64,000 nucleotides of DNA from an uncultured Cryomorphaceae bacterium (lineage in GTDB: Bacteria; Bacteroidota; Bacteroidia; Flavobacteriales; Schleiferiaceae): contig CAJVWI010000007.1 of assembly GCA_913009655.1 (NCBI GenBank), positions 3,682 through 67,681 on the forward strand, in the 5' to 3' direction. The notes under the pieces are model-generated. The model did no database searches, was not told where the DNA came from, and saw nothing but the letters and a program-made list of their open reading frames with translations. The translations under genes were made by a program, and so were the position numbers. Below, piece after piece: positions 9,924 through 20,058 of this stretch (positions are counted from its first letter, which is position 1; each line of letters opens with the position of its first letter).

Positions 9924-10922
9924 TTACTCAAATGTTAGAAATGCGCGATAACTTTTCAACACATGTTGAAGACCAAAACGTTGAGTCAAAACAAAACGAC
10001 CATCGCTAATAAAGGCATAGTATCTATCAGGGTCGTAGCGTTGAGGTTTGCCTTCGCCGTCAAGCCAATCAGGCCCACCTGGGACACGGTAAATTTTCAT
10101 TTCAATAATCTTCCCATCGATGTATGCCACTTTAAATATTCCTACAGGAGGAGTTAATTGAATAGAGTCACTTTTGTTCCAAGCCTTGTCAGTTGGTATT
10201 ATCATTCCTTCATATTGGGCTTTTCTAATTCCTTTAAAAAAGGCTTGGCTTGACATGTTATCGGCGCTAAGATTTATACCTGATGGTCCAATGAGGCTGA
10301 ATGTATTATTTTCTTTGATTAATTTGAAAGATGTACTGTCAGGATAGGAGACATCAACACTTGCTATTTCTTTTTCATATGACCAGATTTCTCTTGTCCT
10401 CCAAAGATCTTCTCTAATGAAGAATCTACTTGATAGATAGCCATTGAACCCCGGTATGTGAGTAGCTACAGGTGTTTCAAAACCATCCATCAGCATATAG
10501 GTTCCAAGTTGATCTGGCGTCTCTGTGCCAACCGTAAATGATTTAGCTATTTTATGATCAATATATAAATCTATATGCTTGCCATAAGTTGCCATAGTTT
10601 TAAGTATTCTGGGTAAAGCTGATTTTTGGGGAAAATTGCGAAGTCTGATTCGATAAATTGTTTCAAGAAGAGTTTCAATTCCATCAGGTCTAGCTTTAAA
10701 TGAATTATTTACTAACCATAGATTGTTTTTTTGACGACTTAAAAAAACAGTATCCGGGCTTTTGTCCCAGATTATAATTTTTGTTACTGATGATGTATCA
10801 TTTATGGAGAAATCATAGTATTCATTGCTATCTTTTGATGTGACTTCATAAATAAACACGAAAGTCAGAGCAGCAACAAACAATAATGCAATGGTGAGGA
10901 TAAATTTAAGATAAAATTTCAT
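9924..10922 (-). CDS. DUF4340-like protein associated with GldG
   Basis: 332 aa with an N-terminal TM/signal anchor. The start overlaps the gldG stop by 4 nt (ATGA). Position and size match the DUF4340 proteins that commonly follow gldG, but the family assignment is from memory and was not searched. Confidence 0.5.
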   Translation of the reverse strand: MKFYLKFILTIALLFVAALTFVFIYEVTSKDSNEYYDFSINDTSSVTKIIIWDKSPDTVFLSRQKNNLWLVNNSFKARPDGIETLLETIYRIRLRNFPQKSALPRILKTMATYGKHIDLYIDHKIAKSFTVGTETPDQLGTYMLMDGFETPVATHIPGFNGYLSSRFFIREDLWRTREIWSYEKEIASVDVSYPDSTSFKLIKENNTFSLIGPSGINLSADNMSSQAFFKGIRKAQYEGMIIPTDKAWNKSDSIQLTPPVGIFKVAYIDGKIIEMKIYRVPGGPDWLDGEGKPQRYDPDRYYAFISDGRFVLTQRFGLQHVLKSYRAFLTFE

Positions 10923-12628
10923 CGAGAGAATTTAGAGAATCTTTGTTTTCGGACCATTCGGTATAATAGCCCAAAGATTAAAATTAAAGCTATTGGGGCC
11001 AAAATATTTATACCTATTAACGTTTTTTTTTGTCTATTTATCCGTTGCATATCTAAAAGCCTTAAAGCTACTTCACGACCTCTTACTTCAATCAATCCGT
11101 CAATATCTAACATATAATCAATAGCATTCAATATGAAGTCAGAATTGCCATATTGGCGTTGAGTAAATTGATCATAGCCTAGGGGTAGAGGAGAACCTCT
11201 TGGTATGTCAGAGCGTACTAAATTTCTCTGATTTTTAATAAAGTCACCATCTGAAATAACTAAGAGCTTGGCATTAGATGCTTTTTTAGGAGGGCTCTGG
11301 AAATTGGTTTTTTGTAATATACGGTTGGCATAAAAAGAGGGGAGAGCACCCTCAAGTAATATCGCTGTAATAAGAGATTTATCAACAAATTTCGATTGGT
11401 CAGGTTCATTATATAACGTTGCAAGGGAAACTCTGCCTGGCATCGATTGACGTCGGCTATATGGAGAAGTAAATAATAGAGGGGTTTTTCTTACTCCTAT
11501 TGCTCTAATGCTATCCATTGCTGTTGCAAATTCTAATTTTATCGCATTCAAATTTTTTCCGATGGGATGATCTGTTTGAGGTAAAATAAGAGGAAAATAT
11601 AGCCATGGAATAATTGATTTTCTGTCATTTAGAGTTGCACAGACCATGTCCTGAATAAGACTAGTATTAATTCGAACGCCATAATTAAATAACGGATCAC
11701 TCAAATTAATTCTGTCTAGTATCGGGTATGCCAGGAATTCAGGCGAATAGCTAAGAGAGTCCATGTCGGCATAAACAGCATCTAGCATAAATATTCCTTT
11801 GCCATTATTCATTAAATACTGATCAATTAACCAAATATCTAACTCGGAAAACCTTTGTCTGGGTTTAGCTAGAATGATTAAGTCAAAACTGTTTAATAAG
11901 ATGATTTGCTTATTCAGATCTGGCTCACCGTTTATACTGTCAATTGGAAATTCTCTTAAATTAAAATGCTCAATGTCGTATGATTTTGAGAGAGACAATT
12001 CCAATGATGCTGTCTCAACCGGGCTAAGTTCGTCATGACCTTGTAAAATACCAATGCTAGATCGGTGAGTTTTAGTTAAGCCCTTTATTGCACTTGCTAA
12101 AGTGTATTCTAGATTTTGTATTGATGCATTGATTTGTGCATCAGAATTAGATGCGAATTGCTCTAAAAGCAATGAAATAGGCCATTCATTATCTCGAAAT
12201 GAGACTATTGCTCCAGGAAATATTTGTTGTTCACGAATCCCATCACTTTCTTCAACTTTTATTTGAATAGCAGAAAGTCCTGCATTCCGGAGTTGAGTAT
12301 AAGTATCTCTCCTGGCTTGCGAATTTGGATTTTCAGATGGATTGATTAATGCGTATTCGATATCAGGGTTTTTCGCGCGAAATTCCTCTAGCATTCTTAT
12401 CGTCTCAAATTTCAAACGTTGAAAACCTGCCGGAAAATCGCCCTCTAGATATATGGAAAAAAGCATAGGGTCTTCAACTTTTTCGATAAGTTTTAAAGTC
12501 GAATTACTTAAACTAAACCTTTTGTCTTCAGTTAAATCTATTCTTATCGGAATGAATTCGGACAAGAAAACAGAGAATACGCTAAATAAAATTGCAGTTC
12601 CGAATTTCAATAAGTCTGTTTTTCTCAT
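10919..12628 (-). CDS. gldG: gliding-motility-associated ABC transporter substrate-binding/accessory protein GldG
   Basis: ORF track gives 10919..12646 with a TTG start. ATG at 12628 gives MRKTDLLKFG..IRIDLTEDKRFSLS, the usual GldG N-terminus. There is a C-terminal TM helix, and the gene lies directly downstream of gldF. Confidence 0.75.
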   Translation of the reverse strand: MRKTDLLKFGTAILFSVFSVFLSEFIPIRIDLTEDKRFSLSNSTLKLIEKVEDPMLFSIYLEGDFPAGFQRLKFETIRMLEEFRAKNPDIEYALINPSENPNSQARRDTYTQLRNAGLSAIQIKVEESDGIREQQIFPGAIVSFRDNEWPISLLLEQFASNSDAQINASIQNLEYTLASAIKGLTKTHRSSIGILQGHDELSPVETASLELSLSKSYDIEHFNLREFPIDSINGEPDLNKQIILLNSFDLIILAKPRQRFSELDIWLIDQYLMNNGKGIFMLDAVYADMDSLSYSPEFLAYPILDRINLSDPLFNYGVRINTSLIQDMVCATLNDRKSIIPWLYFPLILPQTDHPIGKNLNAIKLEFATAMDSIRAIGVRKTPLLFTSPYSRRQSMPGRVSLATLYNEPDQSKFVDKSLITAILLEGALPSFYANRILQKTNFQSPPKKASNAKLLVISDGDFIKNQRNLVRSDIPRGSPLPLGYDQFTQRQYGNSDFILNAIDYMLDIDGLIEVRGREVALRLLDMQRINRQKKTLIGINILAPIALILIFGLLYRMVRKQRFSKFSR

Positions 12629-12639
12629 GCTAAAATCGA

Positions 12640-13371
12640 CTACCAATTACGTGATTTAAGAATAGTTTTAGATGCACTTAGGAAAGCATAACTCAGGGCT
12701 ATGAAATAAACCACATCTCTAAAATCTAATACTCCTCGACTAATAGAAGTGTAGTGTTCATTCATACCAAGTTTCATCCAAAAGAGTGCTGAGAATTTTA
12801 GAGCGTTTAAATTAGCGATTTGTTCAAATCCGATGTAGAAAAATAAACAAAATAATACTCCAGTGACAAAGGATACAATTGAATTTTCGGTAATGGATGA
12901 AGCGAAAAGTGATATGGCTAAATATCCAGAGGCAAGCAACAATAATCCGATATAAGAACCGGCTAAAGATCCAAAATCGAGATTTCCGATTGGATTTCCT
13001 AAATTATATAATGTAATTGCATAAATAAATGTTGGGATTAAAGCAAAAACGACAAGCAACATTCCGGCAATCCATTTGCCTAGAATTATTTGCCATTCAG
13101 TTACGGGTTTGGTAAATAACCACTCTATTGTCCCAGACCGTTTCTCTTCAGAAATCATTTTCATTCCAATAGCTGGAATTAAGAACATAAAAACCCATGG
13201 AGATAGCATGAATAAACCATCTAACTGAGCATAACCTGATTCAATCAAATTAAATGGAACATCTAATAGCCAGAGAAATATACCGTTTAATCCGAGGTAA
13301 GTGCAAATAATAAGAACTCCCGTTGAAGATTGAAAAAAGGCGTTAAACTCTTTTTTAGCTATTGCAAGCAT
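12640..13371 (-). CDS. gldF: gliding-motility-associated ABC transporter permease GldF (ABC-2 type)
   Basis: ORF track gives 12640..13398 with a GTG start. ATG at 13371 gives MLAIAKKEFNAFFQS, the typical GldF start. The protein is a six-TM ABC-2 permease. Confidence 0.75.
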   Translation of the reverse strand: MLAIAKKEFNAFFQSSTGVLIICTYLGLNGIFLWLLDVPFNLIESGYAQLDGLFMLSPWVFMFLIPAIGMKMISEEKRSGTIEWLFTKPVTEWQIILGKWIAGMLLVVFALIPTFIYAITLYNLGNPIGNLDFGSLAGSYIGLLLLASGYLAISLFASSITENSIVSFVTGVLFCLFFYIGFEQIANLNALKFSALFWMKLGMNEHYTSISRGVLDFRDVVYFIALSYAFLSASKTILKSRNW

Positions 13372-13493
13372 TAGATATATTTTTTCATTTATTCTCACTA
13401 GTATTTAAAAGCGATAAGGAGATGATTCGAAAATTCAAATTTGGTGAAATATTATGAAATTATAGCAGGGTTAAATTTCATTTTATTTGGCCC

Positions 13494-14300
13494 TTATTTT
13501 AGTTGTAATTCAATTGGGTCATGAATAACTACACCCAACAAACTACTAGCAGAATTAGAACCATCAAAGCCAGGTTCGATAATCCCAATTTCTAGAAAAC
13601 CAGCACGATTTATTCTGAGATAAAGAGATCCCGTTTCTGTCATTTCTTCTCGACTCGAAATCCAATTTTTTATTTTTCTTCCTCGAGCTAGAGCTATGAA
13701 TGGCTTTCCTTGGCTCCATTTTTTCAGCCAACTCTCATTTGCATTAGTTACTAATTGTCCAAAGTGATCGATGTATTGAACATGCACAATAGCTGTATTT
13801 TGATTTCTGATTTCGGGGTGTATAGTTTGAAGTTTTTTGAAATGACTCAATGGTTTTCCAATCGTTTCAAATTTTCCTTTGTTTAGCAAATGAACAGCAG
13901 TAACTGCGATCTGACTTTCAGATTGAGTTAATTCTGGACGATTTTTTAGTTCTATCTGAAAAGCGTTACTAATATTTAAATCTGGCCTAATTAAAGAAAT
14001 TCCACCATGATTCGGTGCAAGAAAAAAATGATCATCTAACTCAACAGCGATGATTTCCATATCAGATGGAGTCATACTATCGACAAGAATAATATGTATG
14101 CTTCCTTTTGGAAAGGATTTATATGCTTCCCTCACAATATATGCTGCTTCAAGGTGGTTTCGAGGACTAATACTATGCGTTATTTCTATTAGTGGGGCGG
14201 CCACTCCAGATTTAAGCATTTCGGAATAAATTATTCCCCGTACAATAGCTCCATCAGGATCTTTCCATCCATAGTCACTTGTAAGGGTTACGATTGGCAT
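13494..14300 (-). CDS. SAM hydrolase / SAM hydroxide adenosyltransferase family protein (DUF62)
   Basis: 268 aa. The N-terminus MPIVTLTSDYGWKDPDGA and overall length are characteristic of the DUF62 family. Confidence 0.72.
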   Translation of the reverse strand: MPIVTLTSDYGWKDPDGAIVRGIIYSEMLKSGVAAPLIEITHSISPRNHLEAAYIVREAYKSFPKGSIHIILVDSMTPSDMEIIAVELDDHFFLAPNHGGISLIRPDLNISNAFQIELKNRPELTQSESQIAVTAVHLLNKGKFETIGKPLSHFKKLQTIHPEIRNQNTAIVHVQYIDHFGQLVTNANESWLKKWSQGKPFIALARGRKIKNWISSREEMTETGSLYLRINRAGFLEIGIIEPGFDGSNSASSLLGVVIHDPIELQLK

Positions 14301-14373
14301 AAATTGTACTTTTAGAACTGTAAAAGTAATAGCTTCGTGTCACTAACTGCTAAAAGCAATTAATTATATCTAC

Positions 14374-15324
14374 ATGCTCTCATTAACAGAACATAATTTT
14401 GAATTTCCTGGCCAAACCTCTGTTTATAATGGAAAAGTTAGAGATGTATACACTATCAAGGATGATTTTATTCTAATGGTAGCCTCTGACCGGATTTCAG
14501 CATTTGACGTGGTTTTACCTCAAGGAATTCCTCACAAAGGTCAAGTACTTAATGAGTTGGCTAAATATTTTTTTGATGGCACTTCGGATATTATTCCTAA
14601 TTGGCATATTGCATCTCCTGATCCAGTTGTCACTTTCGGCCGAAAAGCCATTCCTTTTAAAATTGAAATGGTAATTCGTGGATATTTGAGTGGCCACGCA
14701 TCAAGAGTGTATTCTCAAGGCGAAAGAAAGTTATGTGGTATCTCAATGCCAAATGGTTTGAGAGAAGATGACGAATTTCCTGAACCAATTATTACGCCTA
14801 CAACAAAAGAAAATATAGGTGCCCATGACCAAGATATATCAAGAGAAACTATTTTATCGAAGGGGATTGTTTCAAAATCTGACTATGATCAAATAGAAAA
14901 CTACACCAAGAAATTATTTTCTCGGGGTCAAGAAATGGCGGCAAAAAGAGGTTTGATTTTAGTGGATACAAAATATGAGTTTGGTAAATTAAGAGACGGG
15001 ACAATTATATTAATAGACGAGATTCATACTCCAGATTCCTCTAGATATTTTCTGAAAGAAGGATACCATGATCGACAGAAAAAGGGCACCCCTCAAAAGC
15101 AATTGTCTAAGGAATTTGTTCGGCAATTTCTGATTTCAAATGGATTCCAAGGAGAAGATGGTCAAGATATCCCCGAATTCAGTTCGGATTGGATAAACTC
15201 AGTATCCTCTCGTTACATTGAATTATATGAAAAGTTGACTGGTAGTACTTTTATCCCTGCAGAATCAAAATATATTCCCGCTAGAATAGAAAATAATGTT
15301 AGAAATTTTTTATCAAAACTTTGA
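14374..15324 (+). CDS. purC: phosphoribosylaminoimidazole-succinocarboxamide synthase
   Basis: 316 aa. SAICAR synthetase motifs SDRISAFD and LVDTKYEFG. Confidence 0.94.
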   Translation: MLSLTEHNFEFPGQTSVYNGKVRDVYTIKDDFILMVASDRISAFDVVLPQGIPHKGQVLNELAKYFFDGTSDIIPNWHIASPDPVVTFGRKAIPFKIEMVIRGYLSGHASRVYSQGERKLCGISMPNGLREDDEFPEPIITPTTKENIGAHDQDISRETILSKGIVSKSDYDQIENYTKKLFSRGQEMAAKRGLILVDTKYEFGKLRDGTIILIDEIHTPDSSRYFLKEGYHDRQKKGTPQKQLSKEFVRQFLISNGFQGEDGQDIPEFSSDWINSVSSRYIELYEKLTGSTFIPAESKYIPARIENNVRNFLSKL

Positions 15325-15329
15325 GGGTT

Positions 15330-15947
15330 ATGATAAGGTTTTTTTCGGGTAAAGTATTAATTTTTATTTTAACTTTTTTTTTAACTCAACGAGCAAATGC
15401 TCAATTTTCCAGTTTTGGCTTGTCCGTCGGAATTCATATTTCCAATTTAAGCATCGTTCCTTCTGCTATAATCAGTAACCCCCTGTCTTTTTATTATGAA
15501 CCTCAAGCAGGTTATCATATTGGTGGATATTATAGAACGAGTCTAGGGCTAGTCTATTTTGAGCCTCAATCATGGATAACAATTTTGAATCACTCCATAA
15601 ATTATAGAGATGCTTTTGCTGGAGAGCTTCGTGCGGGTATACCGTTAAATTTAATCCGATTAGATTTACCATTTGAGATGGGTATTAAAGTTGGGCCTTT
15701 TCTAGCTCTTTATGCACCCGTTTTTTCTCTTCCTTTGGTGGCTGGTAGTTTAATGGATATTCAATTAAAAAAAAGCGGAAGTTGGTCTAATCAGTTTGGG
15801 GTTGGACTTAAGATATTAAAATTCCAAATATCCCTTAGATATGAAGGTCCTATAACTTTATCAGAGGCTTTAAGAATCGGGAACTCCCAAGATATTTATT
15901 CAGCAGAAACATCCCAAATAATTGGAGTAGTTTCTATGCGATTTTAA
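15330..15947 (+). CDS. outer-membrane beta-barrel (porin-family) protein, function unknown
   Basis: ORF track gives 15321..15947 with a TTG start. ATG at 15330 gives the signal peptide MIRFFSGKVLIFILTFFLTQRANAQ. The sequence alternates hydrophobic residues and ends in a C-terminal Phe (..VVSMRF), as in OMPs. Confidence 0.5.
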   Translation: MIRFFSGKVLIFILTFFLTQRANAQFSSFGLSVGIHISNLSIVPSAIISNPLSFYYEPQAGYHIGGYYRTSLGLVYFEPQSWITILNHSINYRDAFAGELRAGIPLNLIRLDLPFEMGIKVGPFLALYAPVFSLPLVAGSLMDIQLKKSGSWSNQFGVGLKILKFQISLRYEGPITLSEALRIGNSQDIYSAETSQIIGVVSMRF

Positions 15948-17301
15948 ATTCTATTGGTTTTATTTTATGATCTTTAAGTGATTTAATAACCAGACTATTG
16001 AGATATACAGATTTGGCTATTCTCGTGCTTTTCTTTTTTAGTAGATCCCAATTGGTTTGCTCGGTTACTAGGGCTACTGAAGAATATCCTATGAATTGAT
16101 AGTTTTCAATCAGATAGAGAGTATTAGTTCCTATTTTTTTTCCTGTATCAACAAGTATCATCTGACTTTTAGGATAGGTCAGCTTTTGTAAAATAGCTTC
16201 AGCTTGAATTGGCTTTTCTGATTTCTGAAGTTGATTAAATAAATCAATCTGATATTCTTTTTTTAATTTTTCACGTTCTTTTTTTACGCCATTAATATGA
16301 CTGGGAAGAGCAATGTCATCAGCCCGCATATTTAACGCTTTTGATATTTCTGCCAACCAGCGGTAACCTTCCGTTAAACTTTCAACTAATAATAGCGGAT
16401 TATCGTGTCGTATTTTTCTAATATCCCAAAGAGGTTGCCTGTCACTGGGGATGGTGAAAAGCCCGAGTCTAAGACTAAATTTATCCTTTGGAGTATTATA
16501 TTTAGGCTTTAAGCTAATCAGTTCTATGTGTTCCAAAATTTCCGCCATTAATAAACTCCCCGTTTCTTCGACTCTGATATTTTTAACTTCTTTTTGAAGA
16601 GCAACAGCTTTTTCATTTATTGATAAAAAATGTCTATCAATTCTTACTCTAAGTTGATCGCTTTTACCAATATATATAACTTCTCCCTCTGAATTAAATA
16701 GGTAATAAACGCCAATAGTCTTTACGAGATTTTCAATTTGCTTACTGAATGCGTGCTTTCCCGTAGCAGAAGGTAGTTTTAAATAAACTCCTTCAATATA
16801 TTTCTCTCTATCTTTTTCTAATAAAATCTCAAGAAGCTTGACAGTGGCTCTTGCATCCCCATCAGCTCTGTGTCTTTTTGAATTAGTTATTTCTAGTTCT
16901 TTACAAATTGTTGCAAGACCATATGCTGGGAGGTCAGGTAAAAACCTTTCTGCCAATGGAATTGTATCTATCACTGTTCTATTAAAATCATAGCCAAGAT
17001 TAAAAAATTCTTGTCTTAATATCCGATAGTCAAAACTCGAGTTATGAGCAACAAAAATCGAGTCCTCAGTTATTTGTATAATTCGTTTCGCGATTTCATG
17101 GAACTTCGGAGCATTAACTAAATCTGATGACTTTATTCCAGTAAGTTTTTGCACAAATTTTGGAATTTCACAGTCTACTTGAACTAAAGAAATGAATTGG
17201 TCGACTATTTTCTTCCCATCGAAAAGAAATATTGCAATTTCAATTATCCGCTCTTCGCCAACCTTTCCTCCAGTTGCTTCTATATCTATGACTGCATACA
17301 T
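15934..17301 (-). CDS. DEDDh 3'-5' exonuclease (DnaQ-like) fused to a GIY-YIG nuclease domain
   Basis: 455 aa. Exo motifs AVIDIEATGG, VAHNSSFDYRIL and HRADGDARAT are followed by the GIY-YIG-like GVYYLFNSEGEVIYIGKSDQLRVRIDRH. Confidence 0.75.
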   Translation of the reverse strand: MYAVIDIEATGGKVGEERIIEIAIFLFDGKKIVDQFISLVQVDCEIPKFVQKLTGIKSSDLVNAPKFHEIAKRIIQITEDSIFVAHNSSFDYRILRQEFFNLGYDFNRTVIDTIPLAERFLPDLPAYGLATICKELEITNSKRHRADGDARATVKLLEILLEKDREKYIEGVYLKLPSATGKHAFSKQIENLVKTIGVYYLFNSEGEVIYIGKSDQLRVRIDRHFLSINEKAVALQKEVKNIRVEETGSLLMAEILEHIELISLKPKYNTPKDKFSLRLGLFTIPSDRQPLWDIRKIRHDNPLLLVESLTEGYRWLAEISKALNMRADDIALPSHINGVKKEREKLKKEYQIDLFNQLQKSEKPIQAEAILQKLTYPKSQMILVDTGKKIGTNTLYLIENYQFIGYSSVALVTEQTNWDLLKKKSTRIAKSVYLNSLVIKSLKDHKIKPIEFKIA

Positions 17302-17304
17302 CTA

Positions 17305-17967
17305 TCAATAATTACGCTCACCAAATAATACAGTCCCGAGGCGAATCATGTTAGATCCCTCTTTTAAGGCTATTTTAAAATCACCACTCATGCCCATACT
17401 TAATATATCAAAATGAAATAAATTGCTCTCTTTTTTTATTTGATCAAAAAGTTTCTTGAGAATTGAAAATTCATTAGTAATTTGATTTTCATTATTCGTA
17501 AATGTCGCCATCCCCATTAATCCGCGAACCCGAATATTTTGATAATTATCAAAATCACTATTTTTGATAAAATCCATTAATTCTGCAATTGAAAACCCAG
17601 CCTTAGTCTCTTCTTGAGATATGTGAACTTGAATTAAGACATCAACAATTCTTTCCGCTTTACCCGCCTCTTTATTTATTATTTGGAGAGCTTTTGTCCT
17701 GTCTACTCCATGAATTAAGTGAACGAAACCAATAAAATCCTTTATTTTATTGGTTTGTATTCGGCCAATCATATGCCATCGGATATCTTTTGGGAGCCTT
17801 TCCGCTTTTGCCTTTAAATCTTGAACTTTATTTTCTCCAAAATCTCTTTGTCCAAAATCATATGCATCTTTTATTAAAGAATCTGGTTTTGTTTTACTCA
17901 CTGCAATCAGAGTAACATCAGCTCCAATTTCATCAAGGACACTGCTAATTTTCTTGTTTATTTCCAT
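17305..17967 (-). CDS. yggS: YggS-family pyridoxal-phosphate homeostasis protein
   Basis: 220 aa. Motifs LIAVSKTKP (PLP lysine), HMIGRIQTNK and LSMGMSGD. Confidence 0.9.
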   Translation of the reverse strand: MEINKKISSVLDEIGADVTLIAVSKTKPDSLIKDAYDFGQRDFGENKVQDLKAKAERLPKDIRWHMIGRIQTNKIKDFIGFVHLIHGVDRTKALQIINKEAGKAERIVDVLIQVHISQEETKAGFSIAELMDFIKNSDFDNYQNIRVRGLMGMATFTNNENQITNEFSILKKLFDQIKKESNLFHFDILSMGMSGDFKIALKEGSNMIRLGTVLFGERNY

Positions 17968-19088
17968 GAAAAAAGTGTCATTCCTGAACGTAATTTAGGC
18001 TCAATATAGGTGCTTTTAGGAGGTAGCATAATCCCGTTATCGGAAGCTTCTTGAATTTGATTCCAAGATGGGGAGGGTGATATAAATATTACTTCATCTT
18101 TTTTTCTTTCTTGCTCGATTTCTTTTGGGTTTCTGTTGCCGGAAATATACCTTATTCTTGGATCGTTCCTTTCATCAATAATATTCCAAAAAGGAGAAAG
18201 TAAATTCTTACAAAGCCATTTTGATTCAGGGAACGATAAATCATCTTTCGTAATATGCCACCAACCTCTGTCATTAAATGCATAAATCCCTTTTTCAGGT
18301 AGCTTATTTGGAGACCTGTCGAGCAGCTTTGCATCTAAATCTAGAGTCCAATCCAAATTATTCACACAAGGTCCTTTTACAAGCAGATAAAATGGAGTGA
18401 TTTTAAGTTGTTCACTTTTAATCACCATAGCTAAAATCCCATTGGATTCGCCAACTAACGCCGAGGAAGAAAGGCGATGGTGACCATCGGCGACATAGAA
18501 TTTATCGATGGATTCAGATGCTTTAATTATAATTCTTGTATTTTCCTTCGATGGAATCCATAATTTATGTAATACACCGTCAGCTGTGGCAAAATCGGCT
18601 TCAGGTCTTAATTTCATGGTTTCATCCATGGCGTGATCCCAAGCGGCGTTTTTCTCTCTAGCCAGAAGTACTGGCTCAGCATGAAAGCCTATGTTTTTCA
18701 AATAATTTGCAAATAAGGCTTCTCGTTTTTCAATAGTTTTTTCGTGTTTTAATATTTTTCCTTCAAGATAGTCATCAAGGGAAGCTAGTCCAATAACACC
18801 GGTAAATTGGCTGTCTCTAGTTTTTTGTTCGTAGATGTACAAATTATTATTGACATCTTTAATGAAATTCCCTTTTTTTAGAAAGCGCTGAAGGTTGCTT
18901 TTGATCAACGCAAATTTTTCTTTTTTCTTTTTTGATTCAGATTTTATTATGTGAAGAAAGGAGAATTCATTTGTAGCTAGTTTCTGGATTAATTCTTTTT
19001 TTGAGTAGCTCTTATATGTTCTAGTGCTCACCAAAGCGGCAAGAGCACTTGGGGCTCTTATTGCGGCAAAAGAATTCAACTTTGGCAT
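17958..19088 (-). CDS. DUF1015 domain-containing protein
   Basis: ORF track gives 17958..19106 with a TTG start. ATG at 19088 gives MPKLNSFAAIRAPS, a DUF1015-type N-terminus. There is an internal VADGHHR motif. The family assignment is from memory. Confidence 0.68.
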   Translation of the reverse strand: MPKLNSFAAIRAPSALAALVSTRTYKSYSKKELIQKLATNEFSFLHIIKSESKKKKEKFALIKSNLQRFLKKGNFIKDVNNNLYIYEQKTRDSQFTGVIGLASLDDYLEGKILKHEKTIEKREALFANYLKNIGFHAEPVLLAREKNAAWDHAMDETMKLRPEADFATADGVLHKLWIPSKENTRIIIKASESIDKFYVADGHHRLSSSALVGESNGILAMVIKSEQLKITPFYLLVKGPCVNNLDWTLDLDAKLLDRSPNKLPEKGIYAFNDRGWWHITKDDLSFPESKWLCKNLLSPFWNIIDERNDPRIRYISGNRNPKEIEQERKKDEVIFISPSPSWNQIQEASDNGIMLPPKSTYIEPKLRSGMTLFSWK

Positions 19089-19089
19089 T

Positions 19090-20037
19090 TTACTTGGACA
19101 AAGCAATAATTTGACTTGCTAACTCTATTCCAATTCGGTTTTGAGCTTCTCTGGTAGCTGCTCCAATATGAGGAGTTAATGATATTGCCGGATTCATCAA
19201 TAGCTTAATTGCAGGGTTTGGTTCATTGTTGAAAACATCAATGGCTGCGCCAGCGAGATGTTTTGATTCAAGGGCAATATCAAGAGCTTCTTCATTTACT
19301 ACTCCACCTCTTGAGGTATTTACGATGTATGACCCTTCCTTCATTTTTGTTATTTCTTTTTCTCCAATGATCTCTGCTTTTCCTCCGATATGTAAAGTGA
19401 TAATGTCAGATGTTTTAAGAATTTCATCCATACTAAGAAGTTTTGCTGAGGTATTTATTATTTGTCCATCAGCAAAGTGTACTTCAAAGTCGCTATTTTC
19501 TAAAAATGGATCATGAACTTGTATTTCCATTCCAACTCCAAAAGCAATTCTTCCAACGGCTTTCCCGATTCTTCCAAATCCTATTATTCCAATTTTTTTT
19601 CCGCGAAGTTCAGAACCACTAGCATATGCTTTCTTTAAATCTTTAAAGCGTGATTCCCCTTCTAAGGGCATTTGCCTATTAGAGTCATGCAGCTGACGCA
19701 GCAAACCACTGATGTGAGCAAAAACAAGTTCCGCAACACTATTACTACTAGCCCCAGGGGTATTAAATACTTCAAGACCTCTGGATTTAGCATACTCAAC
19801 ATCGATGTTATCCATTCCAACTCCACCACGACCTATCATTTTTAGCTTTGGACATGAGTCTATTAATTCTTTTCTGGCAGTTGTTGCAGATCGAACTAAG
19901 AGGACATCAACTTGATTGGAATTTATATAGTCAGCAAGCTTATTTTGAGCAACTTTAGTTGTTATTACTTCATGACCAGATTTAACAAGAAGGGTTATCC
20001 CTGAATCTGCAATTCCATCATTAGCGAGGATTTTCAT
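19090..20037 (-). CDS. serA: D-3-phosphoglycerate dehydrogenase (short D-2-hydroxyacid dehydrogenase type)
   Basis: 315 aa. NAD-binding GIIGFGRIGKAVG and catalytic-region motifs SRGGVV and TPHIGAAT. Adjacent to serC. Confidence 0.85.
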   Translation of the reverse strand: MKILANDGIADSGITLLVKSGHEVITTKVAQNKLADYINSNQVDVLLVRSATTARKELIDSCPKLKMIGRGGVGMDNIDVEYAKSRGLEVFNTPGASSNSVAELVFAHISGLLRQLHDSNRQMPLEGESRFKDLKKAYASGSELRGKKIGIIGFGRIGKAVGRIAFGVGMEIQVHDPFLENSDFEVHFADGQIINTSAKLLSMDEILKTSDIITLHIGGKAEIIGEKEITKMKEGSYIVNTSRGGVVNEEALDIALESKHLAGAAIDVFNNEPNPAIKLLMNPAISLTPHIGAATREAQNRIGIELASQIIALSK

Positions 20038-20058
20038 TTTTTATTTTTTAATAGATTT

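Noticed and set aside
13454-13481. The inverted repeat ATGAAATT / AATTTCAT (8-bp stem, 12-nt loop) between the SAM-hydrolase gene and gldF, considered as an intrinsic terminator.
   Set aside because: The stem is almost entirely A-T, with a single G-C pair. On the transcribed (minus) strand it is followed by AAUAUUUC rather than a clean U-tract. This is too weak to call.
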